Assembly (NCBI RefSeq): GCF_036321535.1
Contig: NC_087436.1
Span: forward strand, 73,162,001 to 73,226,000
From: Camelus dromedarius
Taxonomy: Eukaryota
Direction: 5' to 3'
DNA length: 64,000 bases
Both the position numbers and the translations under genes were made by a program. Below the pieces are notes generated by a model. It did no database searches and was not told where the DNA came from. It was given only the letters and a program-made list of their open reading frames with translations. Shown in pieces: positions 1 through 13,895 of the stretch. Within the stretch, counting starts at the first letter, position 1, and every line of letters begins with the position of its first letter.

Positions 1-213
1 TAGGGAATAATATTTACCCAGTTTCCTATTTACAGAGGCCTCCTTCCCACCAAGCACAGAGTCTGTTTCTATTCTCCCCAATTCTGTTTACAGTGTTTAA
101 AGAGTTCAAGTAGTTCTAGCATATGTACAAACATAACCTAAGACTGACTCACAACAAAGACTGATGAACTAAGTCTATTATTTACCAACATATTGTTAAT
201 CTACTGTAAATAA

Positions 214-214
<1 letters not shown>

Positions 215-252
<38 letters not shown>
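215..252. repeat. (TG)19 microsatellite
   Basis: Perfect TG run read directly. Confidence 0.97.
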
Positions 253-255
<3 letters not shown>

Positions 256-2232
256 AAGGAACTTCATAGACAGTTGACATAATCAGAGCCCCTCTCTTGA
301 GAACAAACCTGACTTGATGGACCAGAAGTAAACAAGACAGAGGACTGGAGAATCTTTTGTGCAATTGTAAAAGAAGGGATTGATGGTGAAATGGAAAAAT
401 AAAGTTATTATACACTAACTGGAAAAGGCAAAGAAAGAACAGCCTGAAGATAAAGATAGCAAGCTAGCTTAAGTACATGATCATGCACGTGTAACTTAAC
501 TTTTTGAGAAGAGTTTGTGCCACGAGATGTTTTCACAGTACAGAAAATAGTTCTGTGGTCTAGCCAGCTAACCAAATGGGAACAAACAGAGTGACAGGAA
601 GGATAAGGAACTGTGCCTTTTCCAAATCTCCATCTCCAGGAAAAAACTCTGGGAGGTAGCAACTACAACAGAAAATCTACAAGCAGTGCACCTGGTCATT
701 TACCTGTTTGGGAGATAAGCAGATTACACGATGTCTTATTTTTTGGAGGAATGCCAGTATTTAAAGTTGCTAAGTTTGAGCCAAGAGATGTGGCTCTAGC
801 CCTAGGGCAAAACTTGGAGGTCCATGCCTTCTTCACTTAGCTGAGCACCCGTGACTGAGATGTGAGACATGAGATCATGGGTGATTCCTTAGAGGGCCAG
901 ATCAGTGATTCCTGCAGCCTGACCTTGAGATGGCTTGAGTGTAAGTGTAATTAGCTCTACCATCCAGGGTACTGTCCACAAAGATGGAAGCACCCTGAGA
1001 ACTTCCAGTGTCCTTTATCTACCCAAAGGTTAGATTCAACGCCTTTCTCTTGGCCAGACTCTAATTTAAGGCAGTGAATAAAAGACTTAGGAGTCTAGGA
1101 GACAGATACCAGTCTGAGAAATTTACAACAGTGCTTTTTATTCTCTACTCAAAATAATACTAAGTAATAATCAAATATCTCCAGTTTTAGTTTTTCAGCA
1201 TTCTGCTGGTGAAATTTCTTTCCTTGATTTATTTCCAAAGGCTAAACAGTAAGGACTACTCCACCAAATCAGGAATGTTGGACAAAGAGAGGTGTGCTCT
1301 TCAGCAAGCTCCCTGGACACAACCTGGCTTCTTCCCTGTAGGCTAGATGGCATGTCTCCCTCTTTGATACCAAACGTAATGACAGTGATGAGATCCAGTT
1401 ATAACTCTTCTTTTCTTATGTGGAGCTCTGAGAGGTGGGGCTTCCTTTATTCTTTAATACCTAGAAATATCAGAGCAGCAAGTGACGTGTCGGAGCAAAA
1501 TAGAAAGATTTTGAAAATTTCACGTCTTCTTTTCTGCTCCTGTGGTTAATTATATAAATCATCACTTAGGAAGGCATCAGCCCAAGCTTTGGGGTACTGC
1601 AATATCCCATAAGAGTTTATCAAGTCCGTACATTTTTTAGATGAAAGAAGAATTGTCACAAGTAAGTAAGAGACTTGGATTCCTAAAGTAGAAATATTCA
1701 GGATCTCATGGCATTCCAGTTATGGGTATACTAATTTATGAACTATTTACTTGAATAGATTATGTTCATCTAGCAGTACAACAGAGACGGTAGTGCTGCT
1801 GTCCTTTCCTACACTTCCCAGCTTCCTTGTGGTTCGGTTGGGCCCCTGTGCCTGGTTCTGGCTGTGAATAGATGTGAAGTATGTACTCTCCATTTGAGGT
1901 CCTGAAATAAGTTTTCCATGCTTTCTTGCATCAGCAACCCTGCAGAGAGCTGGGGTCCCTGAGCTGCTGTAGGACGGTGCAGTGCCCTAGAATGCCAGGC
2001 AATCTGCATTGGACTCTATGGGAGCAAGAAACAGATCTTTGTAATGCTTAGCCACTGATAGTTCAGGGTTTGTTTGTCCCTGGTACATACTTTACCCTAA
2101 CTTGACAAATTCAAAGGGAATTACATTGTACAAGTTCACTAGTTGTTATCCAAAGTAGTGCTTTGGGTGTTTGTGAGTGACTAACCCATTCAAACTTCAA
2201 ATCCAAGTATTCCCAGCGAACAAATCTTTGTT

Positions 2233-2463
2233 TAGTATAGTGGCTAAAAATTCTGATTCTGAGCCTGGTTTAAAATCCAGGTTCTGCCACTAGCTGTATG
2301 ACTTTGGGTAGGTTACTTAACTCCACAAGCCTTAACTTCTACATCTGCGAAATGCGGTTAATAACATTACTCAGTCCATAAAGCTGTTGTGAGGATTAAG
2401 TAAGTCATCATCTGTAAAGCACTATGGACACGTCATAAGCATTTAATAGATATTATTATTATT
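2233..2463 (+). mobile_element. MIR SINE
   Basis: MIR core: ctgccactagctgtatgactttgggtaggttacttaac...catctgcgaaatg...gttgtgaggattaa...tgtaaagcac, with (TAT)n tail. Confidence 0.85.
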
Positions 2464-4161
2464 TTAGACTGTTTTATCATAAAATTTTGATCATGATGCT
2501 CTTAAGAAATGAATTATAGGGTGAAGAGGGGATGGTAATGATGATGCAGCCAAAATGATGGTTGTCAGATTTAAAACAGTGGGAGTTCTGGCACTGATGA
2601 GAGTGACTGTGATTGTGACAGTGGCAGGCTGTGGGTCTATAGAAGAGTCGATGAGTTTTAAAATCAAGGCCTGTGAGCATAAATCTGACTAGGAAACTGA
2701 CTCACAGTGTAAGGCCAGTTACACTTATCTCCATTTTCCTACCTTCATTTCAGTGGCAGATGCTCCTTGAAGGACTATAATAAAAATCACCCACCATATC
2801 CTGCAAATCCCTTCCCTTAAACCTTTAAAATAGATGAATTATGCTGGCTTCGGAGCTGTAGGCAGCAGCAGTCAGCAGAATGAAATGTGCCCATTTTCTG
2901 GCTTTTAGCACAAGTCACAGTTGTCTCTGCTCCCTCTAACCAGGTGACACAAAAGGAAACAAATCAAAGGATGCTGTGGAATCTTAATTATATCAAATTA
3001 AGGACAAGTGCAATGGGCTCATCACTGTCACTGACCTAGCACTGACTGAGGGAAGAAATCCCTGTCAACCTTTAAAGCAGATTTCTACCAAGAATGTGGC
3101 ATGACTTGGGATATAGAAACAAAACATCCCTCACGAGTGTCAAGTATTAGTTAAAGAACAAATCAAAACAATCACCTATTATTTTTAAAACTTACAATAA
3201 ACAACTATAAAAGCCAAGTATGTAGGATGTGGGAGGTAAGGAGGGTAAAGATTGCTTATGGAAAGAAGCATCATACCTTAGAGCATTCAACCATCTAGAA
3301 ATGCCATTTGAGTATCTGAAACAGAAATATTGAGCTGAAACAGAATGAGAGTAATCAGACTATGTGATGAAGGGATTAAGTAAATGTTTTCCTGACAATG
3401 AAACATCAGAACAAATTCATTTCCTCTGCCCCTTAAGAAATGTTTCAGGAAACAGGATTTCTGCTCTTCCCCCTTTCCCAGCTTTTCATTATAATTAGCA
3501 GACAGTGCAAGGATAGAAACCACATTCCTGTAATGCAGGTAACTAGAAAGACCCATGTGTCAAGTGGAAGAACAGCTCAGAACCATCCTGGTTACAGAGT
3601 GTTAGTAACTTCTTTTTGTTTTCAGAAGATTGGACATTTCAATGAAGAGGAATTTTTAAAGTCTGCCTCTTCTTGTTCTTTACAGAAGATCCTAAACTCA
3701 TTGATTCTTTGACAGAAGACAGTGTAGGTCGTTGATGCAAATCTCCTCATTTTACAAACAAGGTCCCTGAAGCAAAAGCAATCATAGATTTTTAGTGACA
3801 GAACAGAGCTAGAGCACAGCTTTCTTGACTTCTATTTAATGCTTTTTCCTTAGGGCATATCAGAAAGCAAACAGTTGCTCTAGGTCCTTCATATCTGAAC
3901 ATAAACTTGGATATGAAGTCTCAGATTTCTAAATTTAGATGTAACCATCACAATTTTGGCTGGTAAATACAACAGTAGCAATAGCCTCCAGAAGACAGGT
4001 GGGCACAGAAGGCACAGTTATGTAAATGTAGGTGTTTATATTACACTTGGTTGCCGGGATCCAATCTTTGGGTGATTAATTTATTCAGCAGGTATTTACT
4101 GAGAGCTGACCACGTGTAAGATATCATTGTGCTGGTTAGCTGAAAGAAGCTAATCAAAAAT

Positions 4162-4640
4162 GATGGAATGCTACTCAGCCATAAAAAAGAATCAAATAAT
4201 GTCATTTACAGCAACATGGATGGAACTAGAGATTGTCATACTAAGTCAAGCAAGACAGAAAAAGAAAGAAATATACCATATGACATCACAGATGTAGAAT
4301 CTAAAAAAAAAATGACACAAATGAACTTATTTACAAAATAGAAACAGACTCACAGACAGAAAACAAACTTATGCATACCAGGGGGAAAGGGATAAGTGGA
4401 GGGATAAATTGGGAGTTCAAGATTTGAAGATACTAACTACTATATATAAAATAGATAAGCAACAAGATCCTACTGTACAGCACAGGGAACTCTATTCAAA
4501 ACCTTGAAATCGTCAATAATGAAAAAGAAGATGAAAGAGAATATATACAAATATATATAGCTGACTTACTATGCTGTACACCAGAAACTATCACTAAACC
4601 GACTATACTTCAATTTACATAAATAAATAAATAAAAATAA
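4162..4640 (+). mobile_element. 5'-truncated L1, 3' end (cetartiodactyl-type)
   Basis: ggaatgctactcagccataaaaaagaa...gcaacatggatggaactagagatt...cacagggaac...gactatacttcaat and A-rich tail. Confidence 0.92.
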
Positions 4641-5859
4641 TGAGAAACATTTCAAGTTTTCCTCCTGGGAGTAAGATGCTCACCCTCCAGTAAAAAGAAG
4701 TTGACCCTTAAAGAACCTAAAAAATAAAAAGGAGGAGGAGGGGAAGGAGGGGAGAGAAAAGGAAAATCTACATTCAGGGAAGCACTGTTCTGTGTACAAT
4801 GTCACACATGAGAACTCTGATCAGTCAGCACACTAAAAATGGTAGATGGCCACATGACAGTGTGTGTACCCAAGACTAAACTAATGCAAGATTTGAAACT
4901 AAACATTCATTATTATAATGCCTCAGGGAGACCAATTAGGACTGATTGGCATCACCTCGGCCAAGGAATAATAACAAAATCCTATGTATTTCACCCCTTT
5001 ACCAGGGTTCATGACAAGAACATAAGGTAAATAGATGTAAATTTTAAAATCACCCTGAAGATCTAATAATCGTAAGAGAACACACTGAGAATAGTTCTAA
5101 GACAATCGTTTACTTTTCTCAATACCATGCTCTTCTGTGCTCTAAAATGGCAATTAAGCAACTGTCATCCCTGCCCCTCTTCTTGTTAAATCTCTGCTAT
5201 GACCAAAGAGATGGGCTTGAAATGCAGTGGAAAAATACCTGCTTTGAATGAATTTCTAATCAGATTTTCTAGACGCTACCAGGAAATTGTGGTGGTGCAT
5301 TGTGTATAACATCCTAGAAGCAGGGAAGTACTGGCTCCCTGTCCGAAGCTCTCCAGGCTATCGGCAGGTAGCCTACAGAGCTGAGGACACCTGGAGTCCC
5401 CCAGTATGCCTTGGCCCCACTAATTGTGACCGCCAACTTCTGCCTGAGGCAGGAGGCAAGATAAAATACATAAACAGCAAGAGAGATAATAACAGCAATA
5501 GAATCAAAGTGACATGGTTAACAAGCTATGAAGGATGCAGTCAGGTATGAAAAGAAAAATCTATCAAATCACTTGATATTTAAAAACCTTTCTTTGAAAG
5601 TAGTACAAGAGGAAATCCTTTACTTTAGAAATAAAATTCCCTTATATTTAAAATGCCATTGGAATCAATACCCAGAAAAATCCATCAGGGTTTTCTTCAT
5701 TCCGGGGTTGATGTGATCAACTAATACATCCTATTAGCTACTATGACCACAGTGCTCTATGAAGGGTGTGTGTTGTGGCTGGGACTGGAATAATCCTCAG
5801 GGAGATAAAACATGGAAGAAGGAAAGTAGGAAGGAAATGAGACATAATACTAATGAAGG

Positions 5860-6280
5860 TGTCAGGAACAAATAACTTGTTTGGAAGACGGTTCCAGGAA
5901 GTGCTGGGAGGGAGTGGAGCAGCAAGATGGGGAAGGAAAGTCAATAGGGTGTGTGATTGAGTAGGTGGCCACTGTGGGTAACTGGGATTAAATGCTACTG
6001 GAAACCTCTGAGACACTGTGTGGAACACATTTGAAGATTATCCTACTGCAGGGTTGGCAAATACAATATTTTTCAACTCCTATCCCCCACTTTTTGAGGG
6101 TAGCTCCTAAGATGTTAATTTCCTGACACTCTGACCTACACTGAACATGGACCAGAGATGAGCCCAGGTGAGAGAACATCATCAGGCAGAGAGATGCAGG
6201 AAGCTGTCAGTGTGTAAGAGAGGTGACTTCTGCGCTAGGTGGAGGGGTGTGGACAGAGCACTGACATCACCTACTCCAGA
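5860..6280. mobile_element. Probable MaLR (MLT1-like) LTR fragment
   Basis: Degenerate MLT1-like sequence (ttccaggaagtgctgggagggagtggag...ggccactgtgggtaactggg); from recollection only. Confidence 0.5.
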
Positions 6281-6799
6281 ATGAGGCAGAAAATCCATGA
6301 TATTGGTGCTTACAGTGGGGGGAGACATTGTAATGGGCAAAAGAAATCAGCAGGCATTCATCTGGATGCAAATATCTGAGACAGATTAGAAGTAGTGAAC
6401 CTCTTTTGTCTTCACAGTTCCCTTTCTCATATTGGAATTTTTCACCAGAATACTTGAAGGTCTTAAAAAGTAAATACCATTTTCTATTTAAATCAAGTTT
6501 TATTAAACTAAAAAGTTCTTCTCCACTTACCCCTTATTCTTCATTCACCCTTCAGCTTGTTATCCCTCTCTTGTCTACTGTCTTGACCATGTTCTCATCA
6601 AGCAAAGTTCTTAAATGTTCAGCTAAATCTGCCCTCTTCCCTTGATATTGACTTAGGGTTGGACTGTGTTTCAGTAGAATCTTTCACAGGGTCAGAATGT
6701 CTACTTAGTTATAATAAAAATTAATTTTGCACATTGATAAAAACTTGGTACCAGAATGCATGGCACTGCTTAAGTTTGAAGGATGCCCCATTCGTATTC

Positions 6800-7170
6800 T
6801 TTTAAATTAGCTAGACATTGGAAATAAAGGGGAGTGGTCCAGATAAGAGGAATGGCATCTTTGGGGTAGGTGTGACAAGACAGGCTTGGTAAGTGCTAAG
6901 TAAACCAGCCTGACAAGAGTGTAGGGTCGATACTGAGGAAGGGTGAGAGTTAAGGCTACAAAAGGATGTCACAGAGCCAGACTCATGAAGGTTATGAGAA
7001 ACAGGTGAGGCATAAGAAGACACTGAGGGCATTGCATAAGGAGATGGGGTGGCAAAAGCTGTTTGAAGATGAAGGATAATGAAGCATGTATGAGACAAAT
7101 TGGAATGGCAAAAGGCTGAAGGCAAGGAGACCAATTATGAGGTTAAGTGACTAATTCAGGCATCAATTTT
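6800..7170 (+). mobile_element. L2 LINE fragment
   Basis: Purine-rich L2-like text (ggcaaaaggctgaaggcaaggagaccaattatgagg). Confidence 0.5.
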
Positions 7171-7359
7171 AAGGCCTTATAAATATCTCACAATCTATAA
7201 TCAAATGCATACAGTCACACAGGTTTTATAGAAAAGGACACAACTGAGAGAGGAAGTGGAGGAAAGAGCAACTTTTTCTAATTTGTCCACCCAGAGGGGG
7301 TACCTTTTCTAATTCCAGCAAAGGAACTGCAGGCACCAGCAGGAATCATGTTTTCAATT

Positions 7360-7361
<2 letters not shown>

Positions 7362-7399
<38 letters not shown>

Positions 7400-7409
7400 T
7401 ACACACACA
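7362..7409. repeat. (CA)n microsatellite, imperfect 3' part
   Basis: Read directly. Confidence 0.95.
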
Positions 7410-7548
7410 GAGAAATGTTTGCACCATGTAGGTAGCAGTGTAATGGGGAAAAAGATAAATGGGAGAAACATTTTAATTGGCATTAATAACAACTGCTACA
7501 GAACAAGATGGTCAAGACATGTAAGTTAGGACATTAAAATATAGGATA

Positions 7549-9736
7549 AAGGATGTCCATTCTTGCCACTTTTATTCAACATAGTTTTGGAAGTCCTAGC
7601 CATAGCAATCAGAGAAGAAAAAGAAATAAAGGGAATCCAAATTGGAAAAAAAGTAAAACTGTCACTGTTCATGGATGACACTGTTCACGGATACTATACA
7701 TAGAAAACCATAAAGAAGCGACCAGAAAACTCCTAGAACTCATCAATGAATTTGGCAAAGTTGCAGGATACAAAATTAACATACAGAAATCAGTTGCATT
7801 TCTATACACTAACAATGAAATAGCAAAAAAAGAAATTAAGGAAACAACCCCATTTATCATTGTACCAAAAAAAATAAAATACCTAGGAATAAACCTACCC
7901 AAGGAGGCAAAGGACCTGTAATCCAAAAACTATAAGACACTGATGAAACTAAACAGATGGAAATATATACTGTGTTCTTGGATTAGAAGAATCAATATTG
8001 TTAAAATGGCCATACTACCCAAGGCAATATACAGATTCAGTGCAATCCCTATCAAATTACCAATGACATTTTTCACAGAGCTGAAACAAAAAATGATAAA
8101 ATTTGCCTGGAAACATAAAAGACCCCAAATAGCCAAAACAGTCTTGAAAAAGAACAGAGCTGGGGGAAATCATGCTTCCTGACTTCAGACTATACTACAA
8201 AGCTACAGTGATCAAAACAGTATGGTACTGACACAAAATCAGACACGTAGATCAATGAAACAGGATTAAAAAGTCCAGAAATAAACCCACCCACTTATGG
8301 TCAATTAATCTATGGAAAAGGAGGCAAAAATATACAATGGAGAAAAGACAGTCTCTTCAATAATTGATGCTGGGAAAACTGGACAGCTACCTGTAAAATA
8401 CTGAAATTAGAACATTCTCTAACACCATAAACAAAAATAAACTCAAAATGGATTAAAGATTTAAATGTAAGACTAGATACTATAAAACTCCTGGAGGAAA
8501 ACAGAGAGAACACTCTTCGACATAAATCACAGCAATATTTTTTTTTCCAACCAGCTCCTAGAAAAATGGAAATAAAAGCAAAAACAAGCAAACAAACTAA
8601 CAAATGGGATCTAATCAAACTTCAAAGCTTTTGTACAGCTAAGGATATCATCAATAAAATGAAAAGACAATCTACAGAATGGGAGAAAATATTTTCAAAT
8701 GATACAACTGGCAAGAGACTAATTTTCAAAATACACAAACAGCTCTATGTATAGCTTAATATCAAAAAAAAAAAAAAAAAAGCAGCCCAATCAAAAAATG
8801 GGCAGAAGATCTAAACAGACTTTTCTCCAAAGAAGACATACAGATGGCCAACAAGAACATGGAAAGATGCTCAGTATCACTAACTGTTAGAGAAATGCAA
8901 ATCAAAACTACAATGAGACATCACCTCACACCAGTCAGAATGGCCATCATTAAAAAGTCCACAAATGACAAATGCTGGAGAGGGTGTGGAGAAAAAGGGA
9001 CCCTCCTACACCACTGGTGGAAATGTAAATTAGTGCAGCCACTATGAAGGACAATATGGAGGTTCCTTAAAAAACTAAAAATAAACTTACCCTGTGAGCC
9101 AGCAATCCCACTCCTGGGCATATATCTGGAGAAAAATATAATTTGAAAAGACACATGCACCCCAATGTTCACAGCAGCACTATTTACAATATCCAAGACA
9201 TGGAAACAACCTAAGTGTCCATCAACAGATGACTGGGTAAAGAAGATGTGGTATATATGTATACAATGGAATACTACTCAGCCATAAAAAAGAATAAAAT
9301 AACGCCACTTGCAGCAACATGGGTGGACCTGGAGATTGTCATTCTAAGTGAAGTAAGTCAGAAAGAGAAAGAAAAATACCACATGACATTGCTTATATGT
9401 GGAATCTAAAAAAAAAAAAAAAAAAAAAAAAGACACCAATGAACTTAGCTACAAAACAGAAACAGACTCACAGACATAGAGAACAAACTTATGGTTATCA
9501 GTGGGTAAAGAGGGTGCAAAGGAATAATTAGGAATTCAAAATTTGCACCTCTTGGGGAGTGATGGAAATGTTAGCTATCTTACTTGTGGTGGTGGTTTCA
9601 TTGGTGTATACATCTATCAAAATTCATCAAATTGTACATCTGAAATATGTGTAGTTTACTGTACAGAAATCATGCCACAATAAAGGTGCTAAAAAATTCA
9701 CCAGCAAAAACTTTAAAAATAAATAAAATTGAAAAA
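7549..9736 (+). mobile_element. 5'-truncated L1 (disrupted ORF2 RT C-terminal half + 3' UTR) with atypical 3' tail, flanked by TSD
   Basis: ORF2 peptides ([68 protein letters not shown]) split by stops and frameshifts. TSD TAAAATATAGGATA (7535-7548) / TAAAATATATGATA (9737-9750). Confidence 0.96.
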
Positions 9737-10134
9737 TAAAATATATGATAGATGACACTGTTTAAATCATAGTTTAATCAACTTCATTTAATTCAAAAAA
9801 GTTGTAGGATGGGGTCATCTAGGTTTTAAAATGTTCTTGTTAATAATATTCCTAAATTTATAATATTTCATATTGTCTAACTTGCAGAACTTGGGACCCT
9901 AAGAAAACATAACTGACCATAAAACCAAACGAAGATAGACTTCTTCCTTCTTTGGTAATTCACAAATCCTCAGAAACGTGCAGAGACTCGGGTGAGTGGT
10001 GAGGCTATCAGTGATCACCATATAGTACTAAGAAAAAAGAATTGGGCATTTTATTCTCTCTGGTTGTTTTAATGCTTTCCTGTTTTAATTTATCATTTCT
10101 TTTACAAATGTAGAAACGAGCGTGCGAGTGCATG

Positions 10135-10160
10135 CACACACACACACAAACACACACACA
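10135..10160. repeat. (CA)n microsatellite
   Basis: Read directly. Confidence 0.9.
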
Positions 10161-10719
10161 GCCAAACCTGTAAATACTCCCCTTAGAGCTCTTTTTGACA
10201 TTGTTTTCAGATGTGACCTCTGCAAACAGCTTACTCAACCAAAATTAGGTCAGAATAAAATTTGAAGGATGTTCCATCCTTTATTCTTTTAAATTAGCCA
10301 GGAACTAACTCTTCAATATTTATGACCACTCACTGAAAATACATGATTGTTCTACTGGGAAAATAAGGTTGCCTTGAGCAGAGTTGCAGGAAATCTGATT
10401 TGAAAACCCAAGTAAATAATCTCCACGATTCTAATAGGGCAATGTTGCAAATGAAACATAAGTTAATAGGTACAGCAAAAGAATGACCTCTGTGGATTCC
10501 AATTAGACTAAGCACGTCAAGGAGGAGAGGTGGGGGCTCAGGCTACAGATAGATATGGCTGGTAGTTATTGCCCATGAAATGAATAAGAAACAAAATTAA
10601 AAGCTATTGAATATAAGCACAGGAGCCTTCTCTTGCTTATTCTCTAAGATCTTTATTACCTGAAGTATGGGTGTTGTTGAAGGTTTAAATAATTCTTGAA
10701 AGAAACAAAATGTCAAGAG

Positions 10720-10900
10720 GGGTTAGAACATGAATATTCAAGGTCTATGGACTCAAACATCAGTTCTATTACTAGTTCAATGATTTGGCCAAGTTACTTA
10801 CTGTCTCTGAACCTTCAAGTTTCTTCTCTGAAAAATGGGTCTGATAATATCTAACTTACAGGATATGGGAAAATGCTTAGCTCAGTAGATGCTCAATTGT
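10720..10900 (+). mobile_element. MIR SINE fragment
   Basis: tgatttggccaagttactta...tctgaaccttcaagtttcttctctgaaaaatggg. Confidence 0.75.
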
Positions 10901-11082
10901 TCCATCTCTTCTTCCTCCCCTTCCTCCTTAGACATCAGAATAATGTTAGAGAGTAACAGTGTGTTCTGAACCATGAACACATTGGACGTTCCTCCAGGGG
11001 TAACCTGTAACTTTTGCCCGTATAACTGCTAACTATTGGCGTAACTCTCTCCTTGCCAACAACAGGAACTTGGTGGCCCCGT

Positions 11083-11330
11083 GAGGCAGTGTGGCATGGA
11101 GCATAATGTGGAGGACTGTGGGCTCTTAGGCCATCCTAACTGAGTTTGAATCCTTAATCTGCCACCTACCAGCTGCATAACCTTGGATATGTTGCTTAAT
11201 CTTTCTCTGCTTAAGTTTCCTTAGCTGCAGAATGGATGTTAATGAAGACATGTTCTCTTAGGGGTGTGAGAATTAAATGGCCTAACCCATGATGGAATTT
11301 CAAAGAGTGCTTTATACTGTTTCACTCAAT
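11083..11330 (+). mobile_element. MIR SINE
   Basis: gagtttgaatcc...tctgccacctaccagctgcataaccttgg...tgtgagaattaaatg. Confidence 0.8.
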
Positions 11331-12494
11331 TGAATGTAAGGCCGTTATACTAAAATTTCAACCCTCAAAAACAGAGAAATTCAGAGTGGTTTCTCACAAT
11401 GGAGGAATAGACTTCCATTATTAAGGAATTTCCATCAAGATTCCTTCCGAAAGTGAAGCGATTCACAGCGTGTTGAGTGGAAGAGGGCCTGCCGTGGCAG
11501 CAGTGTGATCAGCACAGATGCAGTTCATCCATGGACGTGGATTAATTTCTGAGCCCACCATGTAGCAGGTCCTGTGACCGTATCACAACTCCCGACTCCT
11601 CATTATCTGGAGAATTCCCACTGAGATTTTCATAGCGTTTCATCTTTCTTTTATATTCACAATACATGTTTTCTTTACTGTGGGCTTATTTTTAATGTAA
11701 AATGAGCTCCTTCCTCTAACAAAGGTGCTGGGTTCTGTACGGAGCAGGCAAATCATAACAAACAATAATCATACTTCTCTGTGTGTGTTTCCCTGTTGGA
11801 GTCAATCCTGAGTAGCCATACACAGGACTCTTCAACACATTGGTCGCCCACTGTGGATCAGGTGACCCTGAGGAAACACAACTGTCACCCAGATTTGGGT
11901 GATGTGGTGATCAACATGCTAAGAGTTGAATTTCAGAGAATGCTAACCATTGATTTAATCAGCTGGAGCTCCTCCAGATGACTGCATCATGCCAAAAGTG
12001 TCACCTTTGCTGTTTCCACCACAGTTTCTCCAGGGAAATGGAGGAGGCCCCACAAAAATGAAGGTTAGTGAGAGGACAAAGCACGTACTCTTTAAAACCA
12101 GTGGAAGCCCCAAAGATGAGTCATGGAAGGCCATTTTCATTACAGAAATAGAAAGAAGGCAGAAAGAAAGGAGATCAAGGCTCCCTCTGAAGACTGGTGT
12201 GTCCAGGCTGGGGCCTCAGCAAAAGGCCACGTGACTCCTGGCCCCACTCCTCACCTTTCCATTCTGGCAAACACTAAAGGGCCTGCCTGTCTCTCACCTG
12301 TTACTTCAGGTGTGTTTCTATTCTCTTTATCATCCTCCTCAGCCAGACATGAGGTAGAAAGGGAATATGTATTATTAATGTATGTACCAGATAAGAAGCT
12401 ATTAACGCTCAACTCCAAAGTCATTTTGTGCTCCTCTTCTCTGGTTCTGTGGCCAGGATTCTGAAAATGATTTTCTTCCTTCACCCGCGGCTCC

Positions 12495-12925
12495 TAAGAG
12501 GTTCTTATCAACAAGGGGCACTAGAGTGAGGCTGGAGGACTAGAGAAGAGGAGTCAGTCTGGTTCCAACCCATTCCCCCGTTTGCTTGCTCTTTCGGTCA
12601 GCGCCCCTCAGCAATGGCTTTTTTGCCCTGACAAGCAGTTGGTCCCAGGCTCCAGCGTCATTTTTTGTTATCCTCAGAACCTCTCACCTTGCCCTCCTCA
12701 GAAGTCTGAGAGCAGTTCCATGGGATCTCTCCTCCCAGCTTCTGAGTTCTCATCACCACAAACTCTTCCTCTGTTTCACCCAGGGTTTCCTACAGTTTCT
12801 ATCTCTGTGACATCCTAGTGTCCCCTTCTGCTTTTTTCGTTTCTCACAGTTGTTGGACCAGTTTCTTATATTAAATTCTTCTGTTGAAATATCTGCTGAG
12901 GTGCTTTCCCTGATCAATCTACTAT
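12495..12925 (+). mobile_element. Old ERVL-type LTR fragment (LTR16/LTR33-like)
   Basis: 3' text ccagtttcttatattaaattcttctgttgaaatatctg resembles old ERVL LTR ends; recollection only. Confidence 0.45.
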
Positions 12926-13427
12926 GTCTGCTTTAAATGATTTGGGGAAACGGAGGCAACAATATGAAGTAAGTGAAACCCATTCTCTATCCGTCTCCAT
13001 AGCCCTGTCTGTGCCATCTTTTCTCCTACCTGAATACACAAGTTACCTAGCGAAAGTGTTAATTTCTAATTAAGGTATCAGCTGATAATGGCTTAAAACG
13101 TATAACTCCCAAGTTACTGACTTTTTCAAAAGCTTTCAATAGTGATATTTTAAATTGTATATAAATGTTTAGTTAGTTTGTGGATGTTTGGCACTGAGTT
13201 GGGCACTGTCAAGGAGAGAAGGAGGTTATAAAAATGGTATGAAATAACATCCCTACCCTCAAGGAACAGTAGTTGAGAGAGGAAGAACCAATGTACAAAT
13301 AAATATTAATGAGAGAAATACATGATACATAATTATAAACTGAGTTGGATGGTGCAGACCACAAATGCATTAAGAGGTGAAAAACAGAAGAGGTCATGGG
13401 GTCAAAGTAACCAAGAGGACTTCACAG

Positions 13428-13895
13428 TGTGAAGGAAAAACTGGGCTGGTCTAACAAGATAACTCACAAGTCTAGGAATGTGAAGGAGAGGCTGGGCTGG
13501 GCTGGCAGGATAACTCACAAATCTAAGTATTGGAATACTGATCTGAGTTCTGCTAGACTAACTTGTAAATCTAGGTTAATTAGTGTTGGTTTGCTGTTCA
13601 TGTTTTTTTGCTAGCCAGCTGGATTTTCAAAGATATATATCTGGCTTTGGAATGTTGGTTTGCTGCCTCCCTGCCTCCACTTTTGTGATGATAATGCTGC
13701 TAAAGCTGTTCCATGCCTATTGGCCGAATACCCCAAGCTTGTACTTTACCCTATAAAACCTCATGCGCACGTCTTGGAGGTGCTCAGAGCTTCGGAGCAG
13801 AAGCCCCTCTGAGCCCGCTGGCATAATACATCTGAGTACTCCAACCCTCCGCCAAGTGGTGCTTGTTTCTTGGCTGGCCTGTCGTTTCCGTAACA
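13428..13895 (+). mobile_element. Solo ERV LTR (468 bp; ERV1-like by 4-bp TSD), inserted in an L2 remnant
   Basis: Starts TGTGAAGG and ends CCGTAACA; ACAG duplicated at 13424-13427 and 13896-13899; TATAAAA at 13752; CpGs retained. Confidence 0.88.

Noticed and set aside
7669..9196. L1-derived ORFs as functional genes
   Set aside because: 5'-truncated, stop- and frameshift-disrupted ORF2 and its antisense frames; cannot encode an active RT.
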